Shown here: positions 55,690 through 64,000 of the stretch, one piece after another
Layout: the number at the start of each line of letters is the position of its first letter
Numbering within the stretch: position 1 is the first letter of the stretch
Assembly (NCBI GenBank): GCA_963775425.1
Contig: CAVZJB010000008.1
Coordinates: forward strand, 288,001-352,000
DNA length: 64,000 bases
Direction of reading: 5' to 3'
DNA from: an uncultured delta proteobacterium
Lineage (GTDB): Bacteria > Myxococcota > UBA727 > VGSZ01
Notes under the pieces: generated by a model
What the model saw: the letters and a program-made list of their open reading frames with translations, nothing else
Told to the model about the DNA's origin: nothing
Databases searched by the model: none
Position numbers and translations under genes: made by a program

Positions 55690-58482
55690 ATGGCCGCGAC
55701 CGATCTGGATCTGACGGACGCGCACTTCCGCTTGTTGGTGGAAGCGGTCCAGGACTACGCCATCTACTTCATCGACCCGAACGGGATCGTGCGCTCGTGG
55801 AACAAGGGCGCGCGCCGCCTCAAGGGCTACACGGATCGCGAGATCATCGGCCGCTCCTTCTCCGTGTTCTACACACCCGAGGACGTCGCCCGGCACAAGC
55901 CGGAGCGCATGCTGTCACTGGCGTTGGAGCGGGGCTCGCTCGTCGACGTCGGGTGGCGCGTGCGCAAGGACGGCTCCCGCTTCTGGGCGCGCGTGGTCAT
56001 CACCGCGCTCCGGGACGCCAACGATCGTCACGTCGGCTTCACCAAGGTCACGCGTGACCTCACCGACGAGGGGTACCGCGAGTTCGTCGAGGCGGCCCAC
56101 GCCATCGTATGGACCACCGACGCGGCCGGGCGGCCCAACGCGGACTCGTCGTCGTGGCGCGCGTTCACCGGCCAGAGCGAGGAGGCGTGGCGCGGCCAGC
56201 ACGGCTGGGATCCCGTGCACCCGGACGATCTGCACGAGGTGGCGAAGGCGTGGGCGACGGCGACGGCGGAGGGGTCGCCGTTCGAGGCGGAGTTCCGTCT
56301 GCGCCGCCACGACGGCGTCTACGCATGGATGGCCACGCGCGCCGTGCCGTTGAAGCACGAAGACGGACAGGTGCGCGAGTGGTTCGGCGTCACGTTCGAC
56401 ATCAGCGCGCGCAAAAAAGCGGAGGAGGAGCGCGAGGCCTCGCTCAACTGGTGGACGACGACGGTGAGCAGCATCGGCGACGCCGTCGTCGCCACCGACG
56501 CCGCAGGCAGCGTTCGCTTCATGAACGCCGCCGCCGAGCGCGTCACGGGCGTCTCCGCCGCCGTCGCCGTGGGCCGGCCGGTCGAGGACGTCTTTACCCT
56601 CGTCGACGCGCACACGCGCGCGCCCGTCGTCAACCCCGCGCGGCGCGTGCTCGAGGACGACGAGCCGATGTTGGCCGACGACGCGATGCTCCTGCGCCCG
56701 GGCGGCGGCGAGGTGGCGGTGCAGTCGAACGCGGCCGCCATCCGCGTGGGCGAGGGCCGGCTCGACGGCGCCGTGCTCGTCTTTCGCGACGTCACGCGCG
56801 AGCGCGCGGCGCAGGAGCGGCTCGCGTTCCTGGCGCGCGTGGGCGAGGTGCTGATGGCCACCGACAGCTCCCAGGACGCGCTGCAGGCGTTCGCGCAGCT
56901 CGCCGTCCCGCGCCTCGCCGATTGGTGCACCGTGCACGTCGTCGACGCCGCGGGCGTGCTGCGGCCGGTGGCGGTGGGGCACGCCAATCCGTCCCTCGTC
57001 GCGCTGGCCCGGCGGCTCGCCGAGCGCTACCCGGCGCCGGCCGACGCGCCGCGCGGCGCGCCGCACGTCGTGCGCACCGGCGAGGTCGAGCTGTACCCCG
57101 AGGTGCCCGCGCAGCTCGTCGAGGAGGCCGCCCTCGCCGAGGAGGACCGCGACGTCGTCCGGGACCTCCACCTCCGCTCCGCCGTCATCGTGCCGCTCAA
57201 GGGGCGCGAGGGCATCTTCGGCGCGCTCACCCTCATCTACGCCGAGTCGGGCCGCCACTATTCGCAGGAGGACGTGTCGTTCGCCGAGGTGCTCGCGCGC
57301 CGCGCGTCGCTGGTCATCGAGCGCCGCCGGCTCGAGGAGGCGGCGCAGGCGGCCAACCGCACCAAGGACGAGTTCCTCGCCACCATCAGCCACGAGCTGC
57401 GCACGCCGCTGCAAGCGGTCCTCGGCTGGGCCACCATCCTCGCGCGTGGCAAGGCGCGCGATCCGCAGAAGGCCGTGGGCGCCATCGTCAGGAACGCCTG
57501 GGCGCAGGCGCGCCTCATCGACGACATCTTCGACGTCTCCGGCATCATCAGCGGCAAGCTGCGCATGCACATGGCGCGCATCGAGGTCGCCACCGTGGTG
57601 CGCGCCGCGCTCGACGCGGTCCGCCCCGCCGCCGCGGCGCGCGGGGTGCGCGTGACGGAGCAGATCGATCCGGCCGTCGGTGAGATGCTCGGCGATCCCG
57701 ATCGCCTGCAGCAGGTGGTGTGGAACCTCGTGAACAACGCCGTGAAGTTCACCGACGCCGGCGGCGAGGTGATCGTCCGGGCGACGCGCGAGGACGCGCT
57801 CGTGCGCATCGCGGTGAAAGACACCGGGCGCGGCATCAAGCCGGAGGACCTGCGCGTGATCTTCGAGCGCTTTCGCCAGGTCGATTCGTCGCCCACCCGC
57901 ACGAGCGGCGGCCTCGGCCTCGGCCTCGCCATCGTGCGCTACCTCGTCGAGGCGCACGGCGGGATTGTGGAGGCGGACAGCCCGGGGCCCGGGCAGGGCT
58001 CCACCTTCACCGTCGTGCTCCCCGCCACGCCGCCCGCGGTGGCGCCCGGCGCGGCGCCGCCCGCGCGCGCGCCCTGGGACATGCCGCTCGCGCACGTGCG
58101 CGTGCTGGTGGTCGACGACGACGAGGACTCCCGCGAGATCATCGGCGACGTCCTCGCCGACGCCGGCGCCGACGTGGTGCGCGCGTCCAGCGCGTCCACC
58201 GCGTTCGCGAGCCTCCTGCAGGGGCCGCCGCAGGTGCTGGTGAGCGACATCGGCATGCCCGGCGAGGACGGCTACGGGCTCATCGCGCGCATCCGGGCGC
58301 TGCCGCCGGAGAAGGGCCGCGACGTCCCCGCCGTGGCCCTCACCGCGTACGCGCGCGGCGGCGACAAGCGGCGCGCGGAAGAGGCCGGCTTCCAGGTGCA
58401 CCTCAAAAAGCCGGTCGAGCCGACCGCGCTCGTCGACGCCGTGCGTGAGCTGTGCGGCGCGCGGGAGCCGGCGTCGTCGTGA
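55690..58482 (+). CDS. Cytoplasmic hybrid histidine kinase (3xPAS-GAF-HisKA-HATPase-REC)
   Basis: DYAIYFID..SWNKGA, VHPDD, LADWC (GAF), SHELRTPL, NAVKFT, GGLGLGL, SDIGMP. Confidence 0.93.
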   Translation: MAATDLDLTDAHFRLLVEAVQDYAIYFIDPNGIVRSWNKGARRLKGYTDREIIGRSFSVFYTPEDVARHKPERMLSLALERGSLVDVGWRVRKDGSRFWARVVITALRDANDRHVGFTKVTRDLTDEGYREFVEAAHAIVWTTDAAGRPNADSSSWRAFTGQSEEAWRGQHGWDPVHPDDLHEVAKAWATATAEGSPFEAEFRLRRHDGVYAWMATRAVPLKHEDGQVREWFGVTFDISARKKAEEEREASLNWWTTTVSSIGDAVVATDAAGSVRFMNAAAERVTGVSAAVAVGRPVEDVFTLVDAHTRAPVVNPARRVLEDDEPMLADDAMLLRPGGGEVAVQSNAAAIRVGEGRLDGAVLVFRDVTRERAAQERLAFLARVGEVLMATDSSQDALQAFAQLAVPRLADWCTVHVVDAAGVLRPVAVGHANPSLVALARRLAERYPAPADAPRGAPHVVRTGEVELYPEVPAQLVEEAALAEEDRDVVRDLHLRSAVIVPLKGREGIFGALTLIYAESGRHYSQEDVSFAEVLARRASLVIERRRLEEAAQAANRTKDEFLATISHELRTPLQAVLGWATILARGKARDPQKAVGAIVRNAWAQARLIDDIFDVSGIISGKLRMHMARIEVATVVRAALDAVRPAAAARGVRVTEQIDPAVGEMLGDPDRLQQVVWNLVNNAVKFTDAGGEVIVRATREDALVRIAVKDTGRGIKPEDLRVIFERFRQVDSSPTRTSGGLGLGLAIVRYLVEAHGGIVEADSPGPGQGSTFTVVLPATPPAVAPGAAPPARAPWDMPLAHVRVLVVDDDEDSREIIGDVLADAGADVVRASSASTAFASLLQGPPQVLVSDIGMPGEDGYGLIARIRALPPEKGRDVPAVALTAYARGGDKRRAEEAGFQVHLKKPVEPTALVDAVRELCGAREPASS

Positions 58483-58485
58483 GGG

Positions 58486-59820
58486 TCAGGGCAGCGCGCG
58501 CACGCGAATGCCCGACAGCGGCCGCAGCGTCACCGTGGGCAGCGGCACGATGCGCTGGCCCTCGACGAGTCGCAGGCGCACCTTCGGCAACAGCGCCGCC
58601 AGGATGATCTTGGCCTCGAGCATCGCGAAGAAGTCGCCGATGCATTTGCGCGGGCCGCCCGAGAACGGAAAGTACGCGTAGCGCGGGCGGGCGCCCGGCG
58701 CCGACGCCTCGGGCTCGTCGACGAAGCGCTCGGGCAGGAAGCGCCGCGGCTCCGGCCACAGCCTCGGGTGGCGGTGCACCACCCACTGCGACATGAAGAC
58801 GATGTCGCCGGCGTGCACGCGAAAGCCGCCGAGCACGTCGTCGCTCTCGGCGTAGCGCGCCAGCGTCCACACCGGCGGGTACAGCCGCATGGACTCCTTG
58901 AGCACGGCGTCGAGGTACGGCAGCCGCATCAGCTCCTCGAGCGGCTGCGCGCCGTCGCCGAGCTCGGCCCGCAGCTTCTCCTCGGCGTCCGGGTTCTCGG
59001 CGAGCAGCATCACGGTCCAGGACAACAGGTTGGCGGTGGTCTCGTGGCCGGCGACGAAGATGGTCATCACCTCGTCGCGGAGCTGGGCGTCGTCCATGCG
59101 CTCGCCGGTCTCCTCGTCGACCGCGTGCAGGAGCATCGACAACAGGTCGGGCTTGTCCACGCCGGCGCGCCGCTCGGCGATGACGCCGAGCACCACGCGA
59201 TCGAGCGTGGCGAGCGAGCGCTTGAAGCGCCGGTTCGCCGGCGTGGGGACGACGTCGGGCAGGAGGAACAGGGATTGCGTGCGCTCCTTGGCCTGGTGCA
59301 ACAGCTCGGTGAGCGCGACGCCGACCTCGTCGGCGTCGGCGGTGACGTCGGTGGACAAGAGCGCCTCGCCGACGATGCGCATGGTCACCCGCATCATCTC
59401 GGCGGTGACGTCGAACGGGGTGCCGTCGCGGGGCACGCGCGCGACCATGTCGTCGGCGGCGCGCCGCATGAGCGCCGCGAAGCCCGCGATGCGCTCGCGG
59501 TGAAACGCGGGCTGCGCGATGCGTCGCTGGCGCAGCCAGAAGCTCCCCTCGCTCGTGACCAGGCCGTTGCCGACGAGCTTTCTGAGCGTGTCGTAGCCGC
59601 GCGTCTTCTTGGTGTAGTTGCGCACGCGGTCGACGAGGACCTGCTCGATCCACCGCGGGTCCGACACCGCCACGCCGTGCCGCGGACCGATGGCGACGCG
59701 CGCGACGTCGCCGTGCTCGTCGCGGATGCGCTCGAAGAAGCCGAGCGCGTCCCGCTGCAGATCACGGATGCTTCCGATCAGGGGGAGGCCGCGAACGAGC
59801 GGCGCTTCAGCGGCGACCAC
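58486..59820 (-). CDS. Cytochrome P450
   Basis: AGHETT (I-helix), ESMR (ExxR), FLPERF, FSGGPRKCIG heme motif. Confidence 0.95.
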   Translation of the reverse strand: MVAAEAPLVRGLPLIGSIRDLQRDALGFFERIRDEHGDVARVAIGPRHGVAVSDPRWIEQVLVDRVRNYTKKTRGYDTLRKLVGNGLVTSEGSFWLRQRRIAQPAFHRERIAGFAALMRRAADDMVARVPRDGTPFDVTAEMMRVTMRIVGEALLSTDVTADADEVGVALTELLHQAKERTQSLFLLPDVVPTPANRRFKRSLATLDRVVLGVIAERRAGVDKPDLLSMLLHAVDEETGERMDDAQLRDEVMTIFVAGHETTANLLSWTVMLLAENPDAEEKLRAELGDGAQPLEELMRLPYLDAVLKESMRLYPPVWTLARYAESDDVLGGFRVHAGDIVFMSQWVVHRHPRLWPEPRRFLPERFVDEPEASAPGARPRYAYFPFSGGPRKCIGDFFAMLEAKIILAALLPKVRLRLVEGQRIVPLPTVTLRPLSGIRVRALP

Positions 59821-59837
59821 GCCGCAGGTATAGCGCC

Positions 59838-60203
59838 TCAGCCGCTTGCGAGGAGCGCCTCCAGGCGGGCGGCCGCGTCGTCGTCGCTGTCGTCGAACAC
59901 CAGCGCGACGGCCGCGGGGACCGCCACGCCCCGCTCGCGCCCGCCCCAGCGCACGCGGACCACGCGGGCCCCGCGCGTGACGACCGCGTCCCCGTGCCGC
60001 ACCACCGCGCTGCCGTGCGCGGCGAGCGCCGGCGGCGCCTGCCCGGGGAACAGCTCCACGAGCACGCCGCCGACGGAGACGTCGACGACGCGGGCGACGG
60101 AGACGGCGTCGCCGCCGATGACGACGTCGACGGCCACCGGCGCGGGCACGCGGGCATGGCGCCGGCGGTCCGAAGCGCTCGCCTGCTCGGCGTCGTCGCT
60201 CAC
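59838..60203 (-). CDS. PilZ-domain protein
   Basis: RRRHAR (RxxxR) and DVSVGG (DxSxxG); GTGA overlap with the upstream gene. Confidence 0.85.
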   Translation of the reverse strand: MSDDAEQASASDRRRHARVPAPVAVDVVIGGDAVSVARVVDVSVGGVLVELFPGQAPPALAAHGSAVVRHGDAVVTRGARVVRVRWGGRERGVAVPAAVALVFDDSDDDAAARLEALLASG

Positions 60204-61657
60204 AACTGGTGCGGGTCGAACGTGCGCAGGTGGAGCTCCTGCCGCGTGCCGGGGAAGGAGAACCAGGCCTGATCGGTGCTCCCCGGCACGGGCACCATGC
60301 CGTTTGGTCCCTCGGTGAGGTCGAACTCGACGGTCGCGCGCGCGACGAAGCTCGTGAGGTCCTCGTTGCGGTCCACCGGCGACGGGAACGACCAGGCGTG
60401 GTCCGATTGGGTCAACGCATAGAAGATGCGATTGCCGCTCGTGCTGAGGAGGATGCGATCGCCGGCGGGCGGCAGGACCTGCTGCTGGTCGCTCGATTGC
60501 AGGCTCAGCGGTTGGAAGTTGGAGGCGTCGCCGAAGGTGCCGGTGCCGCTCGTGAGCTCGGTCTCCCAGCGGGCGAACGTGACCGCGCCGTCGTTGTCGT
60601 TGGCCGTGGGCCGCAGGACCACGAGGTTGGTCTGCTCGTCCTGCGCGCTGTCGGTGGAGAGCCCCGACAGATCGATGGCGGGCTGGAGGGCGGCGTCGAA
60701 GAGCACGGCGTGCGTGTCGTCGGGCAGCTCCAGGGGGACGAGCCTCGTGTTGACGCCGCCGTCGAGCGGCGCGCCGTGCCACGTGACCTCGCCGAAGTTG
60801 CGTTGGAGCGGAACGAGCGCGGGAGGCGTCGAGCGGTCGAAGACGAGCACGATGTCGCCGACCTGGTTGTCGCCGGTGATGAGCGTGAAGATCTGCTCGA
60901 TGTGGGTGAACGTCACGCCGCTGACGGCCTCGGTCTGAAACGGGGCGTCGACGGAGTCGAGGTTCTGGTTGCGGAGCTCGACGATCTGCAGTTGGCTCCC
61001 TCCGCGCACGGCGGCGAGCGCGCGCGCCTTGGTGTCGAGGCCCTCGTTGGGGTTCGTCGTGAGGAAGTGCACGATCTCGCCGGTGGTGGGGGGGCTGGTG
61101 GTGACGTAGGGCTGGTTGAAGTCGCCGCCGTACTGGATGCGAAGGACGTTGGCGCCGCGGCAGCTGAACCACGTCTCGTCCTCACCGAGGGGGAGCGTGG
61201 TGCCGAGCGCCGCTTGTTGCACGCTCACCACGGTGTCGATGCCGCAGCCGCTGGGGTTCGTGAGCGAGGTGAAGTCACCGAACTCGAGGCTGGAGTCGAG
61301 CGTGCCGGCGGCGAGGTCGAGCCGCTGGATCTGATCGATCGCGGCGACGCCCGAGAAGAGCCCGACGAGCGCGGTGCCGGGCTGCGTGTCGTCGGGGAGC
61401 AGCATGGTGATCGGCGCGTTGGTGGTGATGACCTGCTCGCCCTCGCCCTCGCCCTCGCCCTCTCCTTCGCCCTCGCCGGGGCGGGGCCCGGCGTCGATGC
61501 CCACGGGCGGCGGGGGCGCGTCGACGCAAGAGCCGTCCTTGTTGCAGACCTTGCCGATCGAGCAGTCGTTCTGGTTGGTGCACTCGAGCGGGGGCGGGCA
61601 CCCCCACAGCGCGAGGACGATGGCGCCGACAATGGGCAGGAAGATCAGGGCACGCAT
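60200..61657 (-). CDS. Lipoprotein with Cys motif, (GE)7 linker and beta-rich body
   Basis: Lipobox LWGC; CTNQNDCSIGKVC; GE dipeptide repeat at 61436-61477. Confidence 0.78.
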   Translation of the reverse strand: MRALIFLPIVGAIVLALWGCPPPLECTNQNDCSIGKVCNKDGSCVDAPPPPVGIDAGPRPGEGEGEGEGEGEGEQVITTNAPITMLLPDDTQPGTALVGLFSGVAAIDQIQRLDLAAGTLDSSLEFGDFTSLTNPSGCGIDTVVSVQQAALGTTLPLGEDETWFSCRGANVLRIQYGGDFNQPYVTTSPPTTGEIVHFLTTNPNEGLDTKARALAAVRGGSQLQIVELRNQNLDSVDAPFQTEAVSGVTFTHIEQIFTLITGDNQVGDIVLVFDRSTPPALVPLQRNFGEVTWHGAPLDGGVNTRLVPLELPDDTHAVLFDAALQPAIDLSGLSTDSAQDEQTNLVVLRPTANDNDGAVTFARWETELTSGTGTFGDASNFQPLSLQSSDQQQVLPPAGDRILLSTSGNRIFYALTQSDHAWSFPSPVDRNEDLTSFVARATVEFDLTEGPNGMVPVPGSTDQAWFSFPGTRQELHLRTFDPHQL

Positions 61658-62289
61658 GGCTTGTTCTCCTCGCACTTGGCCTTGACGTCGTCGCACGTGG
61701 GCGTCAGATCGTCGGGGTAGGTGGGCAGCGTGGCGAGCTGCACCTCGACGAAAGACGTCGCGCCGAGCTTGTCAGCGGCCTCCTTTTGGTCGTCTTTCAG
61801 TTGCTCTTTGTCGCCGAAGACGTCGGCGACGGTGCAGCCGCGCATGATGGCCGTGCCCTGGAAGTCCACGGCCTCGGCGAAGAACACGCGCCGGCCGACG
61901 TCGATGTCGTCGAAGGTCACGCCGCCGTCGAGGAGCTGACAGGCGCTGGTGTTGCCCGAGCTCTTCAGGGCCTGCACGCCCTCGGGCGCCACCGAGGTCT
62001 CCACGGAGAGCGCGCGGCAGATGGCGTCGGGGCCTTTGTCGCCCTGGCCGTCGCCGTCATAGACGTCGACGGTGACGGTGTTGGTGATGAGGAAGGTCTG
62101 CTGGGAAGGGAAGCGCAAGCGGATCCCCACCACGGGCTGGCTGCAGCCGGCGCCCAGCCCCGCGGCGGACAGCCCCGCGGCGCACAGCGCGGCGCCGCAC
62201 AAGAGCGCGGGCGCGCGGCGCGCCGGGCGACCGCGAGGAGCGGCCGCGCGCGATCGACCCGGCGCGTCATCGGGGCGGGAGACGGGCAT
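61645..62289 (-). CDS. Hypothetical lipoprotein
   Basis: Lipobox LGAGC; paired Cys residues; overlaps the next gene's start; start approximate. Confidence 0.7.
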   Translation of the reverse strand: MPVSRPDDAPGRSRAAAPRGRPARRAPALLCGAALCAAGLSAAGLGAGCSQPVVGIRLRFPSQQTFLITNTVTVDVYDGDGQGDKGPDAICRALSVETSVAPEGVQALKSSGNTSACQLLDGGVTFDDIDVGRRVFFAEAVDFQGTAIMRGCTVADVFGDKEQLKDDQKEAADKLGATSFVEVQLATLPTYPDDLTPTCDDVKAKCEENKPCVP

Positions 62290-62413
62290 CGAGCGCAAGT
62301 GTAGAGCGCCCCGACCGAAAAGCGAGCAACGCGCCCGGCCGAACGCGGTCCGCTGCGGGCAAACGCGGCGGGTCGGGGTTCATCTCGCGTCCCTTTGCGG
62401 ATACTGCGGTGGG

Positions 62414-63523
62414 ATGAAGATCGTCCGGCTCGAGACGCGTCCCCTGTCGATCCCGCTCGCCGAGCCGTTCGTCATCGCGAGCGGCCGCGTGGAGACCACG
62501 CGCGCGGCCCTGGTCATCGCCCGCCTCGTCGACGACGGCGGCGCCCGCGTGTCGCGCGGCATCGGCGAGGCCGCGGCGCTGCCGCCGGTCACCGGCGTGG
62601 ATCAGGCCGACGTCATCATGAGCCTGCACCGCGCGCACGGGCACCTTGTCGGGCAGAGCTTCTCGGGCCACTCGTCGCTGCAGGCGCTCCTCGACGACGC
62701 CCTCGACGACGACCCCGTCGCCCGCGCCGGCGCCGAGGCGGCCCTCATCGACGCGTGGGCGCGGCTCGAGGAGGTCCCCGCGCACCGCATCCTCGGGTCG
62801 GAGCCCCAGGGGCCGTTCCACCTCGACAGCGACATCACCATCCCCATCGCCGACCCGGCCCACATGGCCGAGCTCGCCGTGCGCTGGCGGGCCAGGGGCT
62901 TCACCGCGTTCAAGGTCAAGGTCGGCAAGAACCTCGACGACGACGCCCGCGCCCTCGAGCTCATCCACAAGGCCGCGCCGGACTGCGCCTTGCGCCTCGA
63001 CGGCAACGAGGGCCTCGCCGCGCGCGACGCCATGACGCTCGTGTCCATCGCGCGCAGCCTGGACGTCACGCTCGAGTGCTTCGAGCAGCCCTGCGCCCGC
63101 GACGACCTCGAAGGGATGGCGCACGTCACCGCCCTCGCCGGCTGCACCGTCGTCGCCGACGAGAGCGTCAAGACGGCGGAGGACGTCGAGCGGCTCGCCC
63201 ACAAAAAGGCCTGTAGCGGCGTGAACCTCAAGCTCGCCAAGCACGGCGGCCTCGTCGAGGCCGGCCGCGTGGGCCGCGCCGCGCGCCGCGCGGGCATGAA
63301 GGTCATGGTCGGCGCCATGGTGGAGACGCGCCTCGGGCTCTGCGCCATGGCGCACGTGGCGCGCGCGCTCGGCCGCGTCGACTTCGCCGACCTCGACACC
63401 GCGCACCTGCTCCGCTGGGATCCCTTCGACGGCGGCTACACCGTCGACGCGCACAACGCCGCGCGCATGACGCTCGACGACGAGCCCGGCTTCGGCGTCA
63501 GCGAGGCGCCGCCCGCGGCTTGA
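62414..63523 (+). CDS. L-Ala-D/L-Glu dipeptide epimerase (enolase superfamily)
   Basis: PFVIASG, GIGEAA, FKVKVG (KxK), LDGNEG, FEQP, ADES, NLKLAKHGG, DLD motif. Confidence 0.9.
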   Translation: MKIVRLETRPLSIPLAEPFVIASGRVETTRAALVIARLVDDGGARVSRGIGEAAALPPVTGVDQADVIMSLHRAHGHLVGQSFSGHSSLQALLDDALDDDPVARAGAEAALIDAWARLEEVPAHRILGSEPQGPFHLDSDITIPIADPAHMAELAVRWRARGFTAFKVKVGKNLDDDARALELIHKAAPDCALRLDGNEGLAARDAMTLVSIARSLDVTLECFEQPCARDDLEGMAHVTALAGCTVVADESVKTAEDVERLAHKKACSGVNLKLAKHGGLVEAGRVGRAARRAGMKVMVGAMVETRLGLCAMAHVARALGRVDFADLDTAHLLRWDPFDGGYTVDAHNAARMTLDDEPGFGVSEAPPAA

Positions 63524-64000
63524 CGCCGAGCACCTTGCGCACGGCGCCGTTGCCGTAGTCGACGAGCCACACCTCGCCGGCCTCGTCCTGGCCGAAGCTC
63601 GACACGGCGATGTGCGACTCGAACGCGGGCGCCACGACGAAGCCGGCCGCGTCCTTCTTCATCTCCCACAGGCGGCCCGAACAGAAGTCGGCGAAGACGT
63701 AGGTGCCTGCGAGCGCCGGCTGCGCCTTGCCCCGGTAGACGGCGCCGCCGGTGACGGAGCAGCCGTCCTTGTGGGAGTACTCGAACACCGGCATGACCAC
63801 GCGGCCGCACTGCTCGTCCTTGTCATAGCGGTGCGTCCCCTCGAAGCAGCTCCAGCCGAGGTTCAGCCCGGGCGTGGGCGTGACGACGTCGATCTCCTCC
63901 CACTTGTCCTGGCCGACGTCGCCAATCCACAGCTCGCCGGTCTCTCCGTCGAAGGAGAAGCGCCACGGGTTGCGCATGCCCTTGAGGAGCACCTCGGGCC
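63498..64000 (-). CDS. PQQ-dependent glucose/sorbosone dehydrogenase-family protein (3' part; 5' end outside the window)
   Basis: GMRNPWRFSFD, GDVGQDKWEEID, GWSCFEG, SVTGGAVYRG, SSFGQDEAGE. Confidence 0.9.
   Translation of the reverse strand, partial: PEVLLKGMRNPWRFSFDGETGELWIGDVGQDKWEEIDVVTPTPGLNLGWSCFEGTHRYDKDEQCGRVVMPVFEYSHKDGCSVTGGAVYRGKAQPALAGTYVFADFCSGRLWEMKKDAAGFVVAPAFESHIAVSSFGQDEAGEVWLVDYGNGAVRKVLGVKPRAAPR

Noticed and set aside
61436-61477. Hexamer repeat (ctcgcc)n
   Set aside because: An in-frame Gly-Glu linker with synonymous variation; not a CRISPR or a phase-variation tract.
62305-62380. Possible structured leader or riboswitch (ccccgacc...ggtcgggg, gggcaaac)
   Set aside because: Does not fit the c-di-GMP-I or any other riboswitch consensus I can recognise; an Rfam scan would be needed.

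Overview
A very GC-rich bacterial window with a Myxococcota-like gene repertoire: many Ser/Thr kinases, an FHA-sigma54 activator, PEGA and Cys-rich lipoproteins, and a MYXO-CTERM tail. I support about 48 genes or gene remnants. These include housekeeping and metabolic genes (phosphate acyltransferase-ackA, DinG/YoaA helicase, folB-cupin, pteridine reductase-like SDR, S1 protein, udk, LOG, amidase, P450, dipeptide epimerase), two hybrid histidine kinases, an ECF sigma/anti-sigma pair and a 2743-aa Ig/NHL surface lipoprotein. I saw no rRNA, tRNA, CRISPR array, integrase or transposase. The most notable unexplained structure is a ~65-bp inverted-repeat pair with CTAG at both outer ends (2062-2125 and 10409-10473). 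It brackets an 8.4-kb segment holding an HExxH toxin-like gene, several decayed gene fragments and a 44-bp-arm hairpin. Other highlights are twin DUF4388/pseudo-J-domain/kinase paralogs divergent from an FHA-sigma54 activator, a stand-alone subtilase-propeptide-like lipoprotein, and two single-base frameshifts that may be assembly errors. All family calls come from motif recognition by eye; no searches were run.
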